A stretch of 59,822 bases of DNA from positions 928,244 through 988,065 of the forward strand of contig WELA01002258.1 of NCBI GenBank assembly GCA_009602735.1, in the 5' to 3' direction. Position 1 is the stretch's first letter, and each line of letters starts with the position of its first letter. This document shows positions 49,251 to 59,822 of this stretch, in pieces. The position numbers were made by a program, and so were the translations under genes. The notes below the pieces were generated by a model that searched no databases, was not told where the DNA came from, and was given only the letters and a program-made list of their open reading frames with translations. The DNA is from Mesotaenium endlicherianum (lineage: Eukaryota).

Positions 49251-50629
49251 CTGCAAAATAAACAAGTGCAGAGGGAGTGCAATGACACGTGTATTCATGA
49301 CTGCATGTTTCACTGCCGAATTAATGACAGTGGAAAAAGAACACACTTAATTGACATACAAAAAGCACACAGCAAATGCGAAGTATTTGGAAAAAGAAGT
49401 ACACTTGCATCGCTTCACATCAAGGGACAGTGATGAATTTGTGTGGGGATGTACAGTACTTTTTCGAGGCCCGCAGATTTTGGGCGAGAGCAGAAGTTGA
49501 AGCCATGAAGATGGTTCTAGACGTGGGACTACTTTCAAATGGCGTTGGTAGCTCGCATGAGATGAAAACGGATGAAAATGAGGTATACTTTGCTCAGAGG
49601 TGGCCTGCCAAGAATGTCCTCCTCATTGCGAAGGAGGTGTCTTAACAACTAGAGAATGGAGGCGAAGACTCAAGACTTCGTAATGAGGACTTCCAAATTG
49701 CTGGTTAAGCTGCTGCTGAATAAGAGGAACATAACACAAAGAGGGGGAATTAGGAGGGACAGAGGCACTAGCAGTGACGAATGTTAAAGGGTGAGGGAGA
49801 AGCCAGAGGCGTAGGCGGCCTAGTGAGCTCTTGCGAAAGAATTCCATGCGGGCATATTGATGTTTGAAGTCGTTAGGGCTGTGTTTAATAGGAGGGACAT
49901 TGCTGCAAGGGAGTGAGAAAAACAGAGATGTGCAAGCCAAACTTGATGTGCAAGGAAGGTGGCGGAAGAAAGGTGGCAGCAAAAAGGTGGCTGAAGAAAG
50001 GTGGCAGAGAAAGGTGGCGAAGTGTGTGGAGTGCGCAGATTTATCAAAAAATTGGTACTGGGGACGTCCAAATATTTTTGTCAATGCTTAGAAAAGAGAA
50101 ACTTTTGGGCTCACCGCCAGGCGGAGGATTTCTCCAAATTCTGCTTCAACGCGCAAGGTCCCGCGAGGAGAGGCCAGAGCAGAAATCTTTCGAAAACAAA
50201 CATGTTATGCACGGTGCGACATTCTCGCGCCCAGCGACGAATTGTGCGCCGCAGCCAATCGGATCGTTTAAAATTCTGTTTATATCCGGTCCATGGCAGG
50301 CCGTGGGAAGGCGAACTTTTCGAGCCCCAAGCTACCAGGAACGGCACTCGCGAAATGAAAACGGACAACATTGCTTGTCGATAGCTTCACCACAAAGACC
50401 CGCCGACGTTCACGAGAATCATGAGACAAACCGCCCACTTTCATAGAATTCACGAGCACATGGTAATGCATTCTGGTGACGACCTAAACGTGCCCATTTC
50501 TCAAGAAAGAACCGCCGAATCCTTCATCGCGTAAATGCTGCGATTTTGATTTCCTGCTTTCAAGGACTTCTACTCCCAATTTTGTAACGCATCGGCATTG
50601 GTCACACTCGACAGCCAACCCGGTCATGC

Positions 50630-53400
50630 ACTGCTCAAAGTCAAAGTCATTCTTGCTTTCACTCGCCCTACTTTACACGGTGCGGGCAGCTGGTTTACAA
50701 TATAGCATTGGTGCCGGTGAGGAAGGTCCATAAGGCCATCATACAGAGGACACCGCGTCGGTCGACGCGAGTTGCGCTTGACACGCTGCTTCGATCGCGG
50801 TTATGAAAATGATCGACGAATAAACATGTGAGTGGGACCAAATAGTCAGATGAGAGGATAACAAGGACGCCTGCGCTGCGCCTGCGAGCTTGTGAACGCG
50901 GACGGTTCCCGAAGATGAGGATCGTCCTATCCGGCCCACTTGATATTCTGAAATGCTGATACGGGTTTTCCAACCGCGTTGACTCAGAAAAAGGGTCTTT
51001 CTTGCCCGCTCAAACGACTCTCATGTCACGACTCACACTGCTTTCAAGAAGGGGTCCAAGAAAAATTTGGACTGAAGCTATAGCAATCAATATCTATTAA
51101 CCAGAAATTCTCCAGTTTCTTCCAAGTCGTCATGCACTTCCAACATTCTCCAGTCGCACCAAGGTCCGGGAATTCAACATCGAGTCGACCTGGATTCAGT
51201 CAAACCTGACATCTTTTGAATCGTCAGCCTCAGGAGCAGCTCAGGCAGAGCTCGGGAGTAGACGGACGTTTCCTCCAGAACCACGACAGGATATTGCATC
51301 CAGTTTCACCCACTGGCGTCGAGCAGTATATATAAGGTTCGTGTAAAGCTTCTCCTTGCACAATCGACTCCTAGTTCTGCAGACTGACCTTGCGAAGGTA
51401 ACAACTGGCCAAAAAAACTGACCCGGTGTTCGTGCCCGCAAACAAGCTCTTGGAGGCATTCACGACCCTGGTTTAAGGCCTCGACGCCCCCGGTTATATT
51501 CAGGTAAGAGCGCCATGTCGTCGTTGCGTTCTATAACCGCGACAATCTGTTGGTTTGACGAGTTTCATAACGATGTATCGTGTTGGTGGTCAATCAATTG
51601 CCAACAGAAGCGTCCTTTATAGGTTAAATGTGGGCAGTCTTATACATCAACGTTGGTAGTCAGCGTTCGCAATATGAGCCTAGGAGTTTTTCTTCGCGGA
51701 TGCTTAGTTAGCTGTAGGTCAATTGGTGTGCTTCGTTGCTTACACCTCTTTTCATCTTTGGCAATTACTGAAGGACGTCATAGTCATGCAGCTTGAGGTC
51801 ATGGCAAGGACAGTGCTGTTGTCCACGTTACTGTATAACTTATCACCTGACACGTGATGTTTTTATCGTATGGTGCTCTCAGTGCAGCAATTTGAACACA
51901 AGAAGAAGATGGCCTTGGCGAGTGGGAAAGTGGCTGCAAAGCTTCTCTTCCTGCTTATTTCAGCAGGTAATTGACGCTATTTGTGTCCCATTAATGAACA
52001 CAAACATGTCTAGGAGCGAATGCCAGAATGCAATAATGATTCAATATGTCCGGGCTGCTAGAGGGTGTTTCTTTCTCCCATCAAATAACAGCTCTTGTTG
52101 GTGTGAATACAGACGCACTCCACTCTACCCATGCTGTGAGCTTACCTGCTTGTATTGCTGTGTCACCATCGTCACGTCATTGGCAGGCGCACTTTATGGA
52201 GCTCTTGCAAAGAGTAGCGCAGAGGAATGCAAGGATGTCGCCGTCACTTGCCTTACAGGCCACAACTGTACAGGTATACATTTTATACGGAACGTCCACG
52301 AGTTAATAGCTGCACTTAAAAATGCATGTCTTGGCCACTTACAGACGTAAATTTATGGTGAAAGTGCAAATTAGGAAACGTACGCAGTATCATATTTATA
52401 ACACAAAAAAAATTTGTGTGCTGGATGCTAAGGCACCCACCCATGTGTATGCATAGACATTTATTGCTTGAACATTACATGTGCTCATGTGAAAGGTATT
52501 TATTAGCACCCAAGTAGATACCTCCACCCGTCTCCACACACGCCTGATTGACCCTGTTTGTTCTGATAGCGTTCAGCTGCATGATCTGCACTGCTATGTA
52601 TCAACCAAAGACGCATCACATGTTGTTCAACATATCATATGCTTAGTGGTGAGAACATCATGCTATGTCAACTTGGTACTCATTCTCTTCTGTTATTTCG
52701 TAAATCTGAACAGGCGAGACACCCACGCTCAAGATGTGCACCTCCCGCACTGCTATCGACACCGACCTTTTGAGGCGCACGGCGGGCACTGCAAAGAAGA
52801 AGGAAGCCAAGCAGGTCGAAGTCCAAGAAGTGAAGAGCACCCTGGCTGCTGCTCGCAGCTTGACCCCACGTGATAGCTGTTACTCGTACTCTGTCTCTGT
52901 CTACCTGAGCTCCGGCAGATACCTTTGGTTCTCTCGTCTGCGACTTCTTCCCAACTATTACGCAGCCACATATGACGTTCTCGATCAGAACTACTATGGG
53001 GAAGATGTGGACATAATGACGGCCATCTTTTACATATCGCGAAGGTCTTCAAACTGTTACATTTACAAGGCAAAAGCAAGCCGCAGTGGGAGCAGATTCA
53101 CTCTTTCTGGTACTTATTGCTGCTACTAAGGTGTCGGAAACAGTTGCTCGCGTCCTAGTTGAGGTCTCGGCCGCAGTGGGACCAAGCTCACCCTTTTCAT
53201 AAGAGCTTCATGCCGCTTATAAGGAGTCCAATCAAGGTTGCTTGAATGCAACGTCAGAATCCAGATCTGGCCACGTCTAGTCTAACATATACAGTTATTT
53301 CAATATCATGTATATCACCAGTTCTGGAAGAAGAAATAAAATGTTCAGATTTTGATGATTGCCTCCAACCCACCTCCAATCTTTATGCTGTAGCCTGCTT
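50630..53400 (+). repeat. Third, most diverged copy of the duplicated unit, carrying gene copy C
   Basis: Direct homology to 597-3165. The upstream part has many substitutions and indels; exon 3 and the 3' UTR are very similar. Confidence 0.9.
51909..53129 (+). CDS. Secreted cysteine-rich protein, 186 aa, 3 exons (copy C)
   Basis: Exons 51909-51966, 52187-52273 and 52714-53129. Splice sites and all 8 Cys are conserved. A few substitutions versus A (F>L, A>S, H>Y, R>Q, I>T, S>T, D>N), while the introns carry many indels. Confidence 0.88.
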
Positions 53401-54302
53401 ACATACCCAAGCAGTAAATAGGGCCCTACTTAATCACGTGTAAGTCAGAGCGGCTAAGCGCTTAAGACTGTATCTGATGACCTCAATTGCAGACATGTGC
53501 TAAAATGGTAATGTAAGTGATGATAAATAGCTCCGAGCTGACTCTAGACTCTTGCCTTGATAACGGCCTACGGTGCCCCTGGTTTAAAAGCTCACATTCG
53601 TGTGACGCACTCGAGAGACATTTACATTTGAACAAAGTGTTATCCAAGGAGTCATACTTTATCATCCACTCAGTCTTAATTCATGCTTTACAAGTTTGAA
53701 TCGACTAACAGGACAAATTTGATGTAAATATTACTATGTCCTTGCAAGCACTTAACATGGTCAACCTATAGCAAACCAAGCGTAAAACTTGTATAACACA
53801 CAGTTGTATGTAGAAGAACTTTCCAATACATGCATCAAGTCACTGTTCAAGCTTCGACAAAGCCCAATTTACCGAGAGAATATGTGCAATCACATCAAAG
53901 CCAAACTTTCACGCCAATTAAGCGACACAGTATGCTGCGCATGCGATGAACACACGGACTAGAAAACAATCCATCAAACTTGCTGTATATCCTCAAAAAT
54001 GGTTACTAAAAAGCACAGTAGGGCCACACTGTTCATTTAGTGATAGAGTGAAAGCCTAGAATTCTAAATGTTGCTTACTCTGCATGCGGTCTTGCAAAGC
54101 AATTGAGCTCTAAGTAAACTATCAATATAAAAGGAGAGATAATAGTTACGCACAGTCATCTAGAGAGTGCTGCTGCAATCCAATAGTAAACATAAGGCCG
54201 CCTCGCAATAAAATGCACGCAACATCACGGCTGCTGCAACATTCTCGACCCTTAACCTGGACAGAAAAGTCAGCGTCACCACCACTTGGTCGGGTCTCCA
54301 AA

Positions 54303-56506
54303 TCAATGGCTGCCGTTCTCCCCCCTCTGCAGCTCGCCTAGGCGAGCGTGAAGCCGAGAGGCCGTGAGGTCTTTCTTGTCAAACTCCACGCCCGCGCGGG
54401 CCGGCACGCCATTTGTCGCTCTGTCCTTGAGCACGTTGCTCTGAGCAACTGCATTCTGCTGCATGCCCGAGGCGTCAGCCGCCAGCTGGAGGCTCCTCAT
54501 TCGCTCCCTGAGGGAGTTGATGCTGCTGCCGCCTGTGGGAAGGGAGGCTGCGCACCCACCAGAGGGGTTGATTGAGCCTGAGAACAAAAATCCTCCACCC
54601 TGAAAGAAGTAGCTGCAAGACTATGCGAGCACCACTTCGCGGACCCACGTCCCGAAGCACATTCAACGCTTCAACCCACCAGACCGAGCCTGGAAGGCTG
54701 CACTTCCAACAGTCCACGGGGCTCAAGTAAGGAGAAAGAAATGCGCGAGCTTGCAATGTCTGCAAGCGTGCGTCCATGCGCTTGTGCACGCGCACTCGCT
54801 GTGCAATAAAGCGAGGGAGCCTCTCTTCAAGGAGAGACAACGGGATACAGCAGGGGCCACTCTGTGCAGCTGTACAGGCAGGCAGGGCAGGCGGCCGAGG
54901 CTTCAGACCAGTCGAAGGGGGAAAAGACTAATATGAGAGAGAGGGGGTGCACTCATGTGGGCAGACAGGCAGCGGGACTCTCTGTCCCTCTCTGCCTGGG
55001 CCCCAAACCACGTCCGGACATCACTGACACTGAGGATATGAAACACCATGCAGCAAATCTGACCCCCTCCCAGATATTGTTCCACTCTAGTTCTCGTCAG
55101 AAGAGTAGCAACAGCAGAGAGTTTTTGACGACGTACACGTGGGTGCGCCAGACACCGACAGGTGGCCAGATGTCTGGGCCCCGCCCAAGGCCTGCATGTG
55201 CGCCAGCTTGGCGTGGTGGCTCCCATTCACACCCGCATAGCTGCTGCTGCTGTCTCTCTCGAGCGCGCCCCGACTGGGCATTGTGCTGTTGGTGTAGCTG
55301 GCCGGGTTCAGAGACTCGTTCCCAGGAGCCAGATGTGCATCCACATGACCGCCACCTGGCGGCGGCGGAATGGCAGCAGAAGGCGGGGGCGGGGTGCTGG
55401 GCAGGCTGAAGGGGGGCGGAGTGAGCGGCGCCGCGTTGGGACCACGAGGGATGCCAGCTGTCCGGGCCACCTCAGCAAGGCCATCTTTGATGTAAGCGCG
55501 CATCGAATCGCTGGCCGAAGTGAGGTGCATGTAGATGTCCACCTGTCAGCGCCAGAGCGATACCAGAGATTGAGTTGAGTACTTTCTGTGGATCTATAAA
55601 CACAAGCAAAGTGTGCCAGCTAGCACGGGAGGCAGGGGAGCTGCATCGAAGGTACTTGCGCAGCGAATTGTTTTCTCTAAGAGACCTGCAGATGCCAGGT
55701 GGCAACACAGCCGGCGGAAATGTGGCAACACAGCCATCGCATGTACTAGCGCAAGCGCCACATGCAAGCAGCACCACTTCTGTGCAAGTTTGCCGATGGT
55801 GCGCTTCTGGGGAGAGTAGAAGAAGCTACCAGCCACACAGGCAGCCTGCCCTCCCTCCAACAGTTGAGGCGCAGAGCGAGCCTGCGACGACTTTGTCCTG
55901 TTCCAGGCACACATGCTCGGGTGCAGGAGAGAACAAGTGGCAGCGTCAAGGGTACCACGATGCCCCTGGGCAGTGGAGCGTGAGGGGCGTCAAAGACCCG
56001 GAAGAATCTCCCCCACTCACGCCCCTGCCTCTGGTTCCTTGTCACTCTCCTGGCTGCGACAGACCTAGAGCCTGGACATTAATAATCAAAATAAAATAAA
56101 AAAACGACTCGCATATAGGGCATGAAGCCCTCCCTAGCCCTAGGAGGCTGCCGCCACTGAGCCCGTGTCGTACACAGCCGTCAGATACGGAACGGGTGAT
56201 GGCGGCCGTCGGAAGTAGCAGGTTGCCAACAGGACAAGCAGGTCAAAAGAGGGAGGGTGACGGAGAACAAGAGGTGGAGTGAGAGAGGGGGNNNNNNNNN
56301 NNNNNNNNNNNNNNNNNNNNNNNNNNNNNNNNNNNNNNNNNNNNNNNNNNNNNNNNNNNNNNNNNNNNNNNNNNNNNNNNNNNNNNNNNNNNNNNNNNNN
56401 NNNNNNNNNNNNNNNNNNNNNNNNNNNNNNNNNNNNNNNNNNNNNNNNNNNNNNNNNNNNNNNNNNNNNNNNNNNNNNNNNNNNNNNNNNNNNNNNNNNN
56501 NNNNNN

Positions 56507-56598
<92 letters not shown>

Positions 56599-56925
56599 GC
56601 GGGAGGCAGAGAGACAGAGGGAGGGAGGAGGGATGGAGAGGGATGGTGAGGGAGAAAGAGGGAGGAAGGGAGAGGGAAAGAGATAGAGAGAGGAGAGACA
56701 GCCCGAGAGTATGATAGCCAGTAAGCGGGTGGGTGGGCGGGTTGGGCTGGTGCAAGGGGATCGGCGGCAATGGCAGATGGCAGACCTGGGGATACTTGAG
56801 CGTGAAGTAGTAGAGCTCGCTCATGCCCGCGGACATCGTGCTCTTGATGCTGATCTTTCTGAAGATGCCGCCCAGCTCCTCCTGCGCACGCCACAGCACC
56901 CCCAAACAGAGAAACACACACACGC

Positions 56926-56973
<48 letters not shown>

Positions 56974-59285
56974 ACACAGCAACAAAGAGATTTTGTTGAG
57001 GGTTCTACAGGCAACACGCACGCACACCTACGCGCACGCACATGCATGCACGCACGCACTTGCCCAGGCGCACGAAGTGCAAACAAAAGGGGAGGCAAGT
57101 GGGGGACTGCGAGCCAGTGGTGCTCACTTCAGCTGCAGGCTTTGAGGGGAAGCAAGACTTACGGGGGAGCCTGGAGGTGCCACCACAGAGAGCGTGAAGG
57201 GACTATTCCCACTGTCCTCAGGGAAAGATATCTAGTCATCATTCTTCAGTCTGCATATCTAGCTTGCCAAGAGCCCTCAGGCAAGGCAAAGGGACGCAAG
57301 AGCAACGTGGCTGATTATGCTTCACCGATGCATGCACCTACGTCACAGCCATGCCTGGTTCGCACTCGCTGTTGTTCTTCTAACGATGGAAAGGGGGAGA
57401 GCCAGGTGACCATGTGGCGGCGCGGGAAGATGGAACAGGCGTTAGACAGCAAGACTTGCTCGCCTTCCTTCCTCTCCCCACCTCTCCATTTCACTTTCTC
57501 CCACTTTTGCACACATACAAACACACGCACACACACACACACACACAGAGACACACATACACACACTCCTTAGAGTAGGTACCTTGAGGGCAGAGTTGGG
57601 GGCCGCCCCGCTGCGGCCAGGTGTCAGTTGCTCAGAAGCCGCCTCGTCCGTGTTTGCCATGGGGCCCGGGTACAGCTCGTTGCCCAGTGTCTGCGCAAGC
57701 AGGGGGGCGCGCCCGGTGTCAGCGGCTGGACATAGGCAGCTATGTACGTTCGCATTCACAGCTTGCAAGGCGTCACAAGTCCCAACATTAAGAAAACATT
57801 ACTTGCTCAGAGTGCATAAGTAAGATCACATGCGACGCTGCACGCATCACGGGGGTCACTGCAAGCTGATGATGAACTATGAGACAAGTCCAGGACGCAA
57901 CACAGACGTGCATACACAAACAGATGATCACAAAGAATATGCACACACATATATATATGTACAATAAATGTATGGCTACATGTATTCATGTGTAAACAAA
58001 TATATGTGTCTATGTACATATCACCATATATATGTTTATGTATATACAAATATGTGTGTATATGTACATATCCATATGTACATACATAGATATAGAAAAA
58101 GACCAAAAGAAGAAGAAGGAATGCGCCCAAGGATACGTACAGCGGCCAGCACACACCATCATCAAGGAACAGTCAATACCCACCCTGTCACCTACGCACA
58201 CCCACCCGCCCACTCTGACGGCATAACGCGCTGCAGGGAAAGCAGCCGCAGGGCGGGTCGTCAGGGACGGGAGAGAGGAGGGGAGGGGGGGAAGGGGGGG
58301 AGATCGAAACACCCAGGGGAAGGCAGGAAAAGGGAGGCACCTCCAGGTGGTAGTCGATGTGCGCCAGGATCTGCGGCGGGGGAACGGCGTCGGTGGGGAT
58401 GAGCGACAGGTGGCCTTTGATGCCTGGGCCGGCGTACTTGACGAGCATGTCAAGGATGGTGTTGACGTGGCGCCATGGCTTCTCCAGCTTGTACTCCGCC
58501 GCCACCCTGCTCCCCTCCCTCCCGTATACGCGCGCAGCCCCCCGCCCCCGCGCTCACCGTGTGTGAGCTTCCTCCCTCTGCCTCTCTCCCCCTGCAATTC
58601 TCCCCCTTTCACTAGCCCAGTGTTAATGCCCGCACAGTGCGCGTGTGTGCGGGTGCGTGCGTGTCTGTGTGTGTGTGCGTGCGCATATGCGTGAGTGTCT
58701 GTGAATGTGCGTGCGCGAGAGCGCACCTCTGTGCGTGTAACATTGTGGGAGTGTGTGTGCGGGTACCAGCTGTAACTTAAAAGGAGGTCAGAGAGGCACT
58801 TGATTCACAGGGGGGAGTTGGGGCCTCAGTGCTACTACTGACAGCTTCTTTCCAACACGAGGAGGGTCTTGAGTATGCTCACTGAAGAGGGGACGAGCTT
58901 TGACAAAAGCGGGAAAGGGTGGAACAGCAAGAATTAGGAGGAGCACATGAACAGAGGATGAGGAGATTGAGGGGAAGAGGAAAAAGAGATGGAAGAGAAA
59001 ATTGAAAGCCTCAAGACAGAAACAAGATTGAAAGCAGAGGAACACAAGGGACAGCGAAAGAGCGAGGGATGGGGAGAAAGAGAGAGAGAGAGGGAGACAG
59101 AGACACGCGGACGCGGACGAGGAGGAGCAGGAGCAGCAGCAGGAGCACGGGCAGTAGGAGGCGGCTGAGCGAATGTCGGAGCGCCACCTGTTCTGGCGCT
59201 CTTCCGCTGCCACGTCCTTGTAGTAGAGGTGCAGGTGGTGCAGCAGCTTGTCCAAGTCCACGCGCTGGAACGGCGAGGGCTGCGC
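54303..59285 (-). CDS. MOR1: MOR1/XMAP215 (ch-TOG family) microtubule polymerase, last six exons; gene continues beyond the window
   Basis: GT-AG exons with compatible phases: 59285-59188 (VDLDKLLHHLHLYYKDVAAEERQNR), 58506-58341 (KPWRHVNTILDMLVKYAGPGIKGHLSLIP...ILAHIDYHLE), 57690-57583, 56881-56786 (EELGGIFRKISIK...GMSELYYFTLKYPQ), 55542-55137 (VDIYMHLTSASDSMRAYIKDGLAEV; donor less certain) and 54532-54303 (SINSLRERMRSLQLAA...LHARLGELQRG*). Colinear with the plant MOR1 C-terminus as I recall it (IKGHLSLVP, ELAAIFKKIG, ASEAFRTYIRDGLAQ, DAIRERMK, LQARMERLK). Confidence 0.9.
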
Positions 59286-59822
59286 CTGCACGCCGACAGG
59301 CACATGCACACACACACGCACGCAGACGCACACGCACACACACACACACACACATGCACGAGGATGTGAGCGGACAGAAAGGTATCAGACACAGCTTTCC
59401 TGCTCAGTCCCAGAAGCGGCTGGACTGCTGGTGGGGAGAGCCACAACCCTGTGAAACAAGCAGCGAGCAAGCAAGTCTTGCGAGTTTCTCCAAGGACCCT
59501 CTCTGTCTCCTTTCTTGCTCGAAAGTTTGCACAAGTGCTGCCACCACAAGGCACAGAAGAAAGCAGAGGCTAGCTGGCGACAGCCAGCGGGGTTGCGTAA
59601 AGCATGCAGCAGGCAACGCAGGGGGGGGGGCGAAGAAAGGTGGAAGAGCAGGAGGGCAGGACAGCAGGAGGGTGGGAAAGTAAGAGCGCGAAGCAGAAAA
59701 TAGAGGAGTGGGAGTCAGAGGGTGAGGGCGAGGGCAAGGCGATAGAGGCCTCCATTCCTCCCTCTGTCCTCTCCCCCTCTCTCCCTCGCTCTCTCTCCCG
59801 CTCTCTCCTCGAAAGATATGAT

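Noticed and set aside
50476..50500. Possible Harbinger terminus (reverse complement GGGCACGTTTAGG)
   Set aside because: No TAA/TTA flank and no partner TIR found.
56181..57098. Poly-proline/poly-glycine ORFs (formin- or extensin-like)
   Set aside because: They derive from a ~90-nt G homopolymer abutting an N gap inside a MOR1 intron. The same applies to the poly-C at 8515-8580.

Overview
Eukaryotic, intron-rich, plant-lineage DNA. A streptophyte green alga is the likeliest source; this is inferred from the plant-type MOR1 exons, chromoviruses with tRNA-iMet primer sites and microsatellite-rich GC-high introns. Three things dominate the window. (1) Three copies of a 3-exon gene that the ORF track shows only in fragments (1616-2880 +, 14541-15756 -, 51909-53129 +). 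It encodes a 186-aa secreted, 8-Cys, probably proteolytically processed protein that I do not recognise. (2) The last six exons of an apparently intact MOR1/XMAP215 microtubule-polymerase gene (54303-59285, -, continuing past the window end), plus a decayed, internally deleted duplicate at 5253-8925 that was co-duplicated with the secreted-protein gene. (3) A ~33-kb transposon nest (17.4-50.5 kb): a Harbinger-type foldback MITE, a Ty3/gypsy chromovirus (18950-26281), and a hAT transposase whose intron holds a second gypsy (29461-45106). That second gypsy carries a solo LTR and a young, nearly intact chromovirus (36026-44942). The young element has an extra sense-strand 558-aa ORF after pol, preceded by a TACTAAC branch point and splice acceptor and bracketed by a duplicated polypurine tract. 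This ORF and the secreted-protein family are the best novelty candidates. Several N-marked assembly artefacts are present.
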